20,000 bases of DNA from Emiliania huxleyi CCMP1516 (Eukaryota). This document shows positions 1-9,397 of this stretch, in pieces. Made by a program: the position numbers and the translations under genes. The notes under the pieces were generated by a model. That model searched no databases. It saw nothing but the letters and a program-made list of their open reading frames with translations, and was not told the origin of the DNA. Every line of letters begins with the position of its first letter. Position 1 is the stretch's first letter. The stretch lies in contig NW_005201231.1 of NCBI RefSeq assembly GCF_000372725.1, positions 341,553 through 361,552 of the forward strand. The letters run 5' to 3'.

Positions 1-1
1 G

Positions 2-421
2 GGCAACGTCACCGGCACCCGCCCCATCGGCATCCCTGCAGCCATCCGCCGCCTCGCCAACCGGGTCCTCATGAAACACCGCAGCTCTGACATGTGCGAC
101 CTGTTTACCGGCCGCACCGCCGACTCGCGCCGCCTCATTGTCGACGACATGCGCGAAATCTGCCGCCGCCCGCTCGCGGAAGGCGGCCTGGGCATGTCGG
201 AGGAGGAGGCGGAGGCGCGCGTCAAGGACTGCAACATCCCTCTGCAGGTTGGCGTGGGCCTCGCAGGCGGCGCCGAGGTCGCCGTGCAGCTTCTGTCAGA
301 GCACCTGCGGCGCAACCCGGGCCACGCCGTCGCCTCGGACGACAAGAAGAACGGCTTCAACTCCATCTCACGAGAGGCCATCTTTGCTGGCCTGCGTCGC
401 TGGTACCCCGAGCTCATCCCA
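2..421 (+). mobile_element. Fragment of a non-LTR retrotransposon reverse transcriptase (CRE/SLACS-like), open at the window edge and truncated at ~421
   Basis: Frame from base 2 reads GNVTGTRPIGIPAAIRRLANRVLMK...PLQVGVGLAGGAEVAVQ...HAVASDDKKNGFNSISREAIFAGLRRWYPELIP. This matches the RPI-x5-RRL, QxGVG...GAE and DxxNxFNSxSR blocks of CRE-type RTs. Similarity stops abruptly after ELIP; no later QGD or YxDD block is seen. Confidence 0.8.
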
Positions 422-476
422 CACTGGGAACCACACACACACACATGCGCCGAGCGCCGGAACTGGTTGCCCCCCA

Positions 477-538
477 CCCGTCGAACACGGCCGTGTTCGA
501 CGCGTGTTCGACGCTCTGCCCCCGTGTTCGACGGGGGT
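477..538. repeat. Cluster of the 11-mer CGTGTTCGACG (3 direct copies, 1 inverted) including a perfect 24-bp palindrome
   Basis: 479-502 is cgtcgaacacgg|ccgtgttcgacg; further copies lie at 503-513 and 523-533. Confidence 0.9.
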
Positions 539-587
539 GCTGGACGGCGCGGGGGGCTTGCCCTCCGCGCCGTCCGAGGTTGCGGGG

Positions 588-1316
588 ATGGCCACCAACC
601 AAGCCGTGGGCGCCGGACCATCGGCCTCCACGGCGGCAACGTCTTCAGCAACCCCAGCTCCTCTGTATGTGCCGCACACCTGGCGCGGCGTGCCCTATGG
701 AGCGCCGGCGCTGCAGGCGACAAAGCACCGGTTCCCTTGCATTGGCGCGAGGTGTGCCGCTCAGTCGATGATACACGACCCGCCGACCCTCTGCCAGCCC
801 TACTTCGACTCCAGTCGCGAGCCCGGGGACAGGTACCGCTTTCAGAGGATGTGCGGGGCGTGTTGGAACGCTGGCGCGCAGCTGTGGTACTCGGCGGCAG
901 AGGCGGCACAGGCGGCTGCGACTGCAGCGGCGGCTGCGAGCGCGGCGGCCATTAGTGCGGAGCTCGACGCGATCCCCGATGCAGTGCTGGAGGTGGCGGT
1001 GCGGCAGGCAGAGGGAGGCGAGGCGGCGGCGGCTTCAGACGACGACGCATTGCCGCCCGACGACAGCTATCTTGCCGCCGCGTCGGGAGACGAGGCGGAG
1101 GACGCCGAGCCGCTGCCGCCGCCGCCGCCGCTACCACCGCCGTCTGACCAGCCGCAGCCGGCGCCCCTCGTCGTGCCACCCCCGCCGCTTCCGCTCACCG
1201 ATGAGCAACGGTCGGCCGCACCAGTGGCGTCACCGTCCCATCTCTCCACCGCATCTCCGCAGCCCGAGCCGGAGTACATGTCGACGGACGACGAGCGTGG
1301 CTTGGCCAAGCGGTGA
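588..1316 (+). CDS. Hypothetical 242-aa protein with a Cys/His cluster (possible Zn-binding) and an Ala/acidic/Pro-rich tail
   Basis: ATG at 588 in the 138..1316 ORF: MATNQ...PCIGARCAAQSMIHDPPTLCQPYF...RMCGACW. Composition is protein-like and a T-rich 3' region follows at 1370-1400. Confidence 0.5.
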   Translation: MATNQAVGAGPSASTAATSSATPAPLYVPHTWRGVPYGAPALQATKHRFPCIGARCAAQSMIHDPPTLCQPYFDSSREPGDRYRFQRMCGACWNAGAQLWYSAAEAAQAAATAAAAASAAAISAELDAIPDAVLEVAVRQAEGGEAAAASDDDALPPDDSYLAAASGDEAEDAEPLPPPPPLPPPSDQPQPAPLVVPPPPLPLTDEQRSAAPVASPSHLSTASPQPEPEYMSTDDERGLAKR

Positions 1317-1759
1317 CGGAGGCGATCGGAGCGCTCCGCGAGGCGGGATGAAGAAGGGGCTCGCTGGTGGCCCTTTTTTGTGTGTCTCGTTTCGTTTTCC
1401 CCGCCGTCTACGTACCGTCTTCCGTGTCCCCGGTGTGGGACAGGGGGGTGGGGGCGCGCGCCCTGCGCGGTACTCTGACTCCTGTCGCATCAGACCTCAG
1501 CGCCGCAACCCTGTAAAACCGTGTAACAAACGGGTAACCCCCTTACGTCCCGGCGCTCCCTGGAGCTGTAGCCGGCACAAGCGCTACCCCGCACACACAC
1601 CGGCACACGGGGAGAGGGGTCACGCCCTCAGTCCCCGACCAACGGGCAGGCAGCCCTCTCATGCTAGCGGCTAAAGAGCCGTACACGGCTTTAGCGCCTC
1701 GCTATCCTTGCCGTCTCTCCCCGCGGCCTCCGCATACGTTGCGGTCGCGGCGGCGTCAC

Positions 1760-2187
1760 ATCACCGCCTTCATCGCCCCCATCGCCTCGAGAAGTTGCCC
1801 ATCGACTTGCGGAGGATCTGCAGCGGGGTAAACTCTTGAGGCACGGGACGCCGATCACGCCCCAGTCGTGTCCGGCTTGGATTACAATGTGGGAGCCGAC
1901 CGAATTGTCGGGCGCCAGCGTTTCGTCGTCCATCGTGGTCACGGGCATGGGCGGCCCCAGGCGGGAAGCGGACTGCATTGCCCTGCCGAGGTGGAATTGC
2001 TGCTCCTTCAGCACCTCAAAGTGGCCCGTCATCATCCAACACTTCTTGGGCCGCGGGCCGCGTCCTCCGGCGTCATCAGCGCGGGGGAGACAAGGATGCT
2101 CTTGCCGGTCCACTCCTCCTCCGTGAGGTACGTTTTGATGCCGCTCATTTCCAGGTCGCCCCAGAGCGGCGGGCGGTTGTGCTGCCG
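1760..2187 (-). pseudogene. Degenerate coding fragment of an unknown protein
   Basis: Minus strand reads RQHNRPPLWGDLEMSGIKTYLTEEEWTGKSILVSPALMTPEDAARGP, shifts frame to KKCWMMTGHFEVLKEQQFHLGRAMQ...HIVIQAGHDWGVIGVPCLK, then shifts again to EFTPLQILRKSMGNF. GC3-rich codons with frameshifts. Confidence 0.4.
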
Positions 2188-2190
2188 TTA

Positions 2191-2715
2191 AGGAGGTTGC
2201 CCGGGTACGAGGCGGGTCCAGCCGTCACTAGTGCCGGGCGTCATCAAGGGCAAGCACAACCTCGAGCACCTCTCCCGAGCCAACGTCGAGTACCTGACCC
2301 GTGCGCTCCCCCCCCCCTCCAGCACACACCCGCCGCGCCGCTGATCAGGCACCCTTCCCGACGACGGCACCTCGGACACGGCGTCGACGCGGTTGAAGGC
2401 GCACGGGCTGCCAAGCCAGCTGGCCAAGAGCCCCAACCTGCTCTGCGAGGAGTTGCGCGCGCGCGAGGCCGAGTGGCGGCTGCATGCGTCGCTGCGCGAG
2501 GTCAAGTTGACGCGCTACCGCCACGGGCGGGCTCACGCCACAGCGACGCCACGTGCCGCCGGACCGCCACCTCGGTCGTGAGAGCGATTGGGAGGTCGGG
2601 GCCGAGAGTGATAACCTACTCACCTGCCTCGTTTGTCGCATCAGGATCAAGCTCATCCTGAAGATGGAGGGCGGGCACTTCATCTTCCGCGGCGCCGACG
2701 GACGGCGCCCCCGCC
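2191..2715 (+). pseudogene. Spliced gene fragment (3 exons) with no visible start
   Basis: RVQPSLVPGVIKGKHNLEHLSRANVEYLTR | GT-AG intron 2301-2348 | TLPDDGTSDTASTRLKAHGLPSQLAKSPNLLCEELRAREAEWRLHASLREVKLTRYRHG | GC-AG intron 2527-2644 | IKLILKMEGGHFIFRGADGR. The phases join in frame. Confidence 0.45.
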
Positions 2716-3314
2716 TGTCACCGTCTCGGCCCCAGGGGGTGTCAAGTATGTTACATCATAAAGTCGCCGAAGATTGCCGCTCAAGAAGCAGCAAAGAGAA
2801 CCGGGAACAGGAGGATGCTGAGGCGGCGATTGGTTTGCTGAGCATGAGGAGGATCGATCGCCCGCCGCAGGCGAAGAAAATTTGGGGCTGCGCCATATCG
2901 TTATCACGGTGCGGGAGCCTCTCTCTGAAACTCGGCCCCAGGCCGTGCCACGTGCCACGGGCACGGCCGACTTAGCCGATGTAAGAGGCTCCCGCTGATG
3001 CCGCGCAAGCACTCCAGCGTGGCTAGCCACACTTAGACCCGCTAGGCCTCGAGGTGTACGAGGCTAGAACTTAGACTACTACCCAACTAGAGTACAGTGC
3101 TACTGTCGTACTCTGGTTCTCTATATAAGCTACAACACATCTTTTGGGGTTCTTGTTCTGCACCGCGCAGCGTGGAGTCTGTGTGCTCTTGGGCGCGTTT
3201 ACGGTTTCCCCCCGCCCGTCTCTGGAGGTCGCCTTCGTTCACGATCCTCTCGAAACGATAGACAATACACAATGATTCAAGCCCAGTGCTGACGCAGAGC
3301 GTGCTGCGTGGTTA

Positions 3315-6300
3315 CTAGCAGTACGTCCACCAGATCGTTCTGAAGGATTCGGCGCGAGTGCAGTCGGCCGAGACCAGGCAGTAGCCCTGTGAAACCGCAG
3401 TGGCCCCGGTGCACGCAGAAGTGCAAGGGCAAGCTTGCACAGGGCGCTGTTGCGGCGAGAGCAGCGGCTGGGGCGGTGACGGCCAGGGTGGCAAAGATGG
3501 CTGCGACGGAGAGGGCGGTATGGGCGGTAGCGGAAAGGGAGGCACTGTTAACGGTTGCGGCGGAGGCGCTGATGGTGGCGGCTGCACAGGTGGCCAACGG
3601 GGAGAGGGCGGCGCGGGAGAGGGCGGCGGAGAGGGCAAGGGCGGCGGCGGCGGCGAGGGCGGCGGCGGCGAGGGCGGTTGAGACGGAGAGGGCGACGGCG
3701 GCGGCGGCGGCGGCGGCTGCGGAGGAGTTGGCGGCAGCGGAGGAGGTGGCGAGTGTGACGGCGGCGGCGAAGGAGAGTGCGGCGGCGGCGACAGAGGCGA
3801 TGGTGGCGGTGGCGACGTGGGCGGCGGTGGCGAGGGAGAAGGCGGCGGCGCCGGCGGAGGCGAGGGCGGCGGAGAGGGAGACGGCGGCGGCGGCGGCGGT
3901 GGCGAGGGCGGCGGTGGCGAGGGCGGCGGCGAGGGCGAGGGCGGCGGCGGCGACGGAGAGGGCGGAGAGGGCGGCGGGGGCGGCGGCGGCGGCGGCGAGG
4001 GAGAGGGCGGGGGTGATGGCGAGGGCGATGGACCCAAAGGCGGCGGCGGCAACGGTGGTGGCGGCGGAGGCGGAGGCGAGGCCAGAGGCGGTGCCGTCAC
4101 TGTGATCTGAGCATTCATGCAGTCAGGGGACGAGCAAAAGTAGGGTACTCGCGGCGGCGGCGGCGGCGGCGGCGAAGGAGTGGGCGGCGGCGGAGGAGGT
4201 GGCGAGTGTGGCGGTGGCGAGGGAGAGTGCGGCGGCGGCGGCAGAGGCGACGGTGGCGGTGGCGGCGCGGGCAGCGGTGGCGACGGAGAAGGCGGCGGCG
4301 GCGGAGGCGAGGGCGGCGGAGAGGGAGACGGCGGCGGCGGCGGCGGTGGCGAGGGCGGCGGTGGCGAGGGCGGCGGCGAGGGCGAGGGCGGCGGCGGCGG
4401 CGGAGGCTGGGGCGGTGGTGGCGAGGGCGGCGGCGACGGAGAGGGCGGCGGCGGCGGCGGCAGCGGCAGCGGCGGCGAGGGAGAGGGCGGGGGTGATGGC
4501 GAGGGCGATGGACCCAAAGGCGGCGGCGGCAATGGTGGTGGCGGCGGAGGCGGAGGCGAGGCCGGAGGCGGTGCCGTCACTGTGATCTGAGCATTCATGC
4601 AGTCGTGGGACGAGCAAAAGTAGGGGTACTCGCCGGGCTCATCGAAGGTGTACGAGTATGTTGCGCCACTCTCGAGCCACGGCGACGCGAACTGAAAGTC
4701 GAAGAACGGGCGCGTCCCGCTCACAATGTCGTAACCGGCGTCCCCAGCGGAGAGCCACGTCACCGTGTCGCCCACATGGATTATGAGCGAGGCGTTGGGG
4801 CAGTCGCCGCTCGGCCCAATGCACGAGCCGCACGAGGCAGCCGACCAACGGATCACGTGCAGGCGACTCTCCATGTACACATCCGTCGAGCGCGCTGCTG
4901 TTGCTGCAGCGCGCTCCGCTTCTAGCAAGGACACTGACAGGAGCGTGGGTGGCGGCCGGGGTGAGGGCGGCGGCGGAGAAGGCGATGGAGGCGGTGGCGA
5001 GGGTGGTGGAGAGGGAGAGGGCGGCGGCGGCGGCGGTTGCGAGGGCGGCGGTGGCGAGGGTGGCGGCGACGGAGAGGGCGGCGGCGGCGGCGGTGGCGAG
5101 GGCGGCGGTGGCGAGGGTGGCGGCGAGGGAGAGGGCGGCGGCGGCGGCGGCAGCGGCGGCGGCGGCGATGAGGGCGGCGGCGGCGACGGAGAGGGCGGCG
5201 ATGGCGAGGGGGGTGGAGGCGGCAGTGGCGAGGGCGGCGGCGGAGGCGGCGGCGATGGAGAGGGCGGCGACGGAGAGGGCGGCCTCGGAGAGGGCGGCCT
5301 CGGAGAGGGCGGTGGAGGCGGCAGTGGCGAGGGCGGCGGCGGAGGCGGCGGCGGCGGCGACGGAGAGGGCGGCGACGGAGAGGGCGGTGGCGGCGAGGGT
5401 TGTGGCGGTGAGGGCGGCGGTGAGGACGGCAGTGAGGGCGGCAGTGAGGGCGGTGCTGTGGGTGGTGGCAGTGAGGGTGGCGGCGGCGCTGGCGGCGAGG
5501 GCGGCGGCGGTGAGGGGGGCGTTGGTGGTGAGGGCAGTGTCGAGGGTGGCGGCGTCGACGGCAGCGGCGGCCGCGAGGGAGGCGGCGAGGGCGGCGGCAA
5601 GGGCTGCGGCGAGGGCGGCGGTGGCGCAGGTGGTGGCGGCGAGGGCGGTGGAGGTGAAGGCGGCGGCGGTGAGGGTGGTGGCGGTGAAGGCGGCGGCGGT
5701 GAGGGTGGTGGAGGAGCGGGAAGCGGCGGCGTGGGTGGGGGCGGCGCGGGAAACGGCGGTGGCGGCGTTGGCATTAGCGGCGATGGCGAGGGCGACGGCT
5801 GCGCGGGCGGCGGCGGCGAGGGCGGCGGCGTTGTGGGCGGCGGCGAGGGAAAGGGAGGTGGCGGCGGCGGTGGCGGTGGCGGCGGCGGCAAGGGTGGCAG
5901 CGACGGAGAGGGCGGTGAGGGCGGCGGCAGCGACGGAGAGGGCAGCCTCGGAGAGGGCGGTGGAGGCGGCAGTGGCGAGGGCGGAGGCGGAGGCGGCGGC
6001 GGCGGCGAGGGCGAGGGCGGCGGCGGCGAGGGCGGTGGCGGCGAGGGCGGTGGCGGCGAGGATGAAGGCGGCGGCGGTGAGGGTGGTGGAGGAGCGGGAA
6101 GCGGCGGCGTGGGCGGTGGCGGCGCGGGAAACGGCGGTGGCGGCGTTGGCAATAGCGGCGGTGGCGAGGGCGACGGCTGCGCGGGCGGCGGCGGCGAGGG
6201 CGGCGGCGTTATGGGCGGCGGCGAGGGAAAGGGAGGTGGCGGCGGCGGTGGCGGGGGCGGCGGCGGCGAGGGTGGCAGCGACGGAGAGGGCGGTGAGGGC

Positions 6301-9279
6301 GGCGGCAGCGACGGAGAGGGCAGCCTCGGAGAGGGCGGCAGAGGCGGCAGTGGCGAGGGCGGAGGCGGAGGCGGCGGCGGCGGCGAGGGCGAGGGCGGCG
6401 GCGGCGAGGGCGGTGGCGGCGAGGGCGGTGGCGGCGAGGATGAAGGCGGCGGCGGTGAGGGTGGTGGAGGAGCGGGAAGCGGCGGTGTGGGCGGTGGCGG
6501 CGCGGGAAACGGCGGTGGCGGCGTTGGCAATAGCGGCGGTGGCGAGGGCGACGGCTGGGCGGGCGGCGGCGGCGAGGGCGGCGGCGTTATGGGCGGCGGC
6601 GAGGGAAAGGGGGGTGGCGGCGGCGGTGGCGAGGGCGGCGGCGAGCGTGGCGGCGATGGAGAGGGCGGTGAGGGCGGCGGCGGCGACGGAGAGGGCAGCC
6701 TCGGAGAGGGCGGTGGGGGCGGCAGTGGCGAGGGCGGCGGCGGAGGCGGCGGCGGCGGCGAGGGCGAGGGCGGCGGCGGCGAGGGCGGTGGCGGCGAGGA
6801 TGAAGGCGGCGGCGGTGAGGGTGGTGGAGGAGCGGGAAGCAGCGGCGTGGGCGGTGGCGGCGTTGGCGATAGCGGCGGTGGCGAGGGCGACGGCGTTATT
6901 GGCGGCGGCGAGGGAGAGGGCGGCGGCGGCGGCGGTGGCGAGGGCGGCAGCAGCGAGGGCGGCAGCGGTGGGTATGGAGTTGTAGCGGGCAGCGGCGGGG
7001 GCGGTGGCTGCTCGATGCTGCAGCGTCGCCATCGCGTGCTCTCAGAGAAGGACAGGGACTCATTGCAGTCGGCCGAGACCAGGCAATAGCCCATGGAGAG
7101 GGGTGTGGCTCCGAAGCACGCAGAGGTGCAAGGACACAGCGAGGGCGGTGAGGGCGGCAACGGTGCGGGTAGTGGCGGTGATGGCGCCCACCACTCTGGC
7201 GGTGGCGGCGGCGGGGGCGAGGGAGGCCGAGGTGCATAGCCGGTCATCGGAACCGCATTCCCTCCTGGGCGGCCGTCAGTGATCCCCGGCATCGGTCGAC
7301 TCGACAGGTTGTGCTGGGGAAGAGGAAAAGGCTCGTGCGTCTGTGGCGGCGGCGATAAAGAGGCCGGTGGCGGTGGTGGGAGCGATGGCGAGGGCGTCTC
7401 GGTTGAAGTCTCTGACCTCTCCCCCGATGCGAGATCGCCAAGGCCCGAGCCATAGTCACCTGAGCTGAAATCTCCCGAGCCAACCTCGTCACCCGATGCG
7501 AAGTCGCCCTGTGCGTCCTCTCCAGAGTCGTCTCCAGAGGCGTAGTCCCCATCGGCGTCCAGCTCCAGGGCATCATTGTCTGGGTTTCCGCTGCCGGTCG
7601 CAAAGGACGGTGGCGGTGGTAAGGGCACAGGAGATGGTGGCGGCGATGGCACGTCGGATGGTGGCGGCGAGGGTGCGCCGGACGGTGGTGGTGAGGGTGC
7701 GCCCGACGGCGGTGGAGAGGGCGCACCTGGTGGTGGCGGCGGTGCTGGTGGCGGCGATGAAGGCAGCGGTGGGAGTGAAGGTAGAGGTGTCGACGGCAGC
7801 GGCGGCGGAAGTGGGGGCTTCGCGGGCAGTGGAGACGGCGAAAGAACCGGAAGCAAGGGAGGTGGCGACGGCAAAGATGGCGGCGTTGGCGCCTTGCCAG
7901 GTGCAAACGGCGGCGGCGGCTCGTACACGCACTCGCCAACAAGCGGTCCCGGGCCGTTGATGACGAGGCCTGCACCAGCCAAGCCTGGTTGATCGCTAAG
8001 CGTGTTGTTAGCGCTCGTCGAGGGGGTGTTCCCCAGGCGCATCGAAAGGTCCAGGTACAGCTTCGAGAACGGGCCCATTAGCTTCACGGAGACCGTGGAA
8101 TCCAGCGCGACCTGGGACCAAGCATAGCCGTAGATGTTCGAGAGATTGCCATCGCAGGAAGGGCACTTTAGCGGAGTGCGATCTGTGCAGCCGTCCGTCT
8201 CGTGCTCTCGCGCGCTAATCTCTACGTAGCCGAGGGATTCGCTCTTCCACAGCTTCTTTGAGTCCTGATTACTGCAGGTGGTGGCGTTGCCGCACGACGT
8301 GCAGATGACGTCCTCGACCGTGACATCTGCACCTCTGACTGCCAGTGCCTCTGCCTTTTCGGCAGGGGGGCCTTTTGGGTCGCCGTCTATGTCGAACCAC
8401 GACAGGTAGGTGCCAAATATGCTATACGCCGTGTTGGTGCCCGCAACCACAAACTCGAGCCCCAGTGTCGCCCTGGTCCCAACAGCGACCTTGTAGTTGA
8501 AGGCGCCACACTGGGTTCTGCAGCCTGGGTCTCGGGCGCCCTCGCATACCTTCTGCAAGATGCACGACCCGTCGTCGCATGCAAAAGACTCCCCGTCGGC
8601 GTCCGTCTCTGGAACGAACTTGACGACCAAGTCGAACACCACTCCTTGGTGCTCGCCCAGCCGCGACAGCCGGACGCCGTCCGTCGAGGTGAGATTGCCG
8701 GTAATGCGGTCATCAAGGAGCCGCTTTTGGCCGGTGTCGCTGTATGGGTCGTCGTCGCAGTACTCGGCAAAGTCCAGCTCCACGAGCCTGGTGTCGCAGG
8801 CCGCCAACGCGTTTGGTGTCAAGGGCGGCGGCGGCGATGAGGGCGGGGGCGGCGAGGGCGGCGGAGGGGAGGGCGAGAGCGAGGGCGGCGGCGGCGTGGG
8901 CGGCGGAGGGGCGGGCGGCGGCGGCGAGGGCGAGGTGGAGGGCGGCGGCGTCGTGGGCGGCGGAGGCAGAGTCGGGGGAGGCGATTCCGGAGGCGAGACG
9001 CATGCACGCAGCAATAGTTTGGTGTCGCTTGCGCGAGAGGTGCCAACGCACTCCTCACTGGCGGGGAAGCAGCAGCCGTTTGATTCAACGACCACGAGCT
9101 CGGCGCAGCCGCCCAAGCCCACGCACGCTGCCTTGCACTGGTCGAGGGTGAGTTACGTCGGCGGCGAGCCGCGTCGCCAGCCGTCTCGCGAGAGAGCGGC
9201 GCCGCCGCGTGCGCGCAGCAGCCGCCGCGGCAGAGACGAGCCGCGGCGACGGCCGCACAACCGATAACTGCCATTGGCG

Positions 9280-9329
<50 letters not shown>

Positions 9330-9397
9330 ACCTGCTCCGGCGACACTAGGGACTCGGGCCTGATCCCGCACAAAACATCTCCACACTCTCTCCTCTC
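3315..9397 (-). CDS. Giant (>1960 aa) extensin/HRGP-like Pro-Ser-rich extracellular protein with several Cys-rich globular modules and a cupredoxin domain; true 5' end unresolved
   Basis: One uninterrupted exon at 3315-9137 with SPPPP/PPSPSP repeats. A GT-AG intron at 9138-9331 (CAG|gtagcg...cgaccag|TGC) joins an upstream exon at 9332-9397, giving ...PESLVSPEQ|CKAACVGLGGCAELVVVESNGCCFP, a PAN/apple-like Cys pattern. No start or signal-peptide exon was identified. Confidence 0.85.
3700..4632 (-). repeat. Intragenic tandem duplication with a 480-bp offset that copies the last cupredoxin strands plus the Pro-rich tail
   Basis: 4561-4625 is nearly identical to 4081-4145 (gtgccgtcactgtgatctgagcattcatgcagtc...gacgagcaaaagtaggg), and LGPSPSPSP is repeated at ~4510 and ~4030. 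Confidence 0.9.
4575..4862 (-). other. Plastocyanin/cupredoxin-like domain within the giant protein
   Basis: SLIIHVGDTVTWL...DIVSG...FASPWLESGATYSYTFDEPGEYPYFCSSHDCMNAQITV contains GDTVTW, YSYTFxxPGxYxYxC and the C-x2-H-x2-M ligand loop typical of type-1 blue copper proteins. Confidence 0.85.
5640..6920 (-). repeat. Higher-order tandem repeat (~120-126 aa units, about 3.5 copies) inside the Pro-rich stalk
   Basis: The marker ggagcgggaagc occurs at 5713, 6091, 6469 and 6829 (spacing 378, 378, 360 bp). Unit landmarks are SPRLPSPS, FPSPPPITPP, AQPSPS and FPAPPPPTPPLPA. Confidence 0.9.
9284..9326. repeat. (CA)n microsatellite, about 21 units, inside the predicted intron 9138-9331
   Basis: Direct reading of the sequence. 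Confidence 0.97.

Noticed and set aside
1345..1400. Bacterial rho-independent terminator (aaggggc...gcccttttt)
   Set aside because: The locus is eukaryotic, so this is more likely an ordinary T-rich 3' UTR or element tail.
3389..7089. Long Gly-, Ala- and Arg-rich ORFs (e.g. 4765..7089 +, 4901..6985 +, 4639..7032 -)
   Set aside because: Shadow frames of the CCG-rich Pro codons. Only the 3315..9122 frame encodes recognisable domains.
9150..9280. ATG in good context (ccgccaATGg) as the start of the giant protein
   Set aside because: It is out of frame with the main ORF. A GT-AG intron spanning it gives a better junction (SPEQ|CKAAC).
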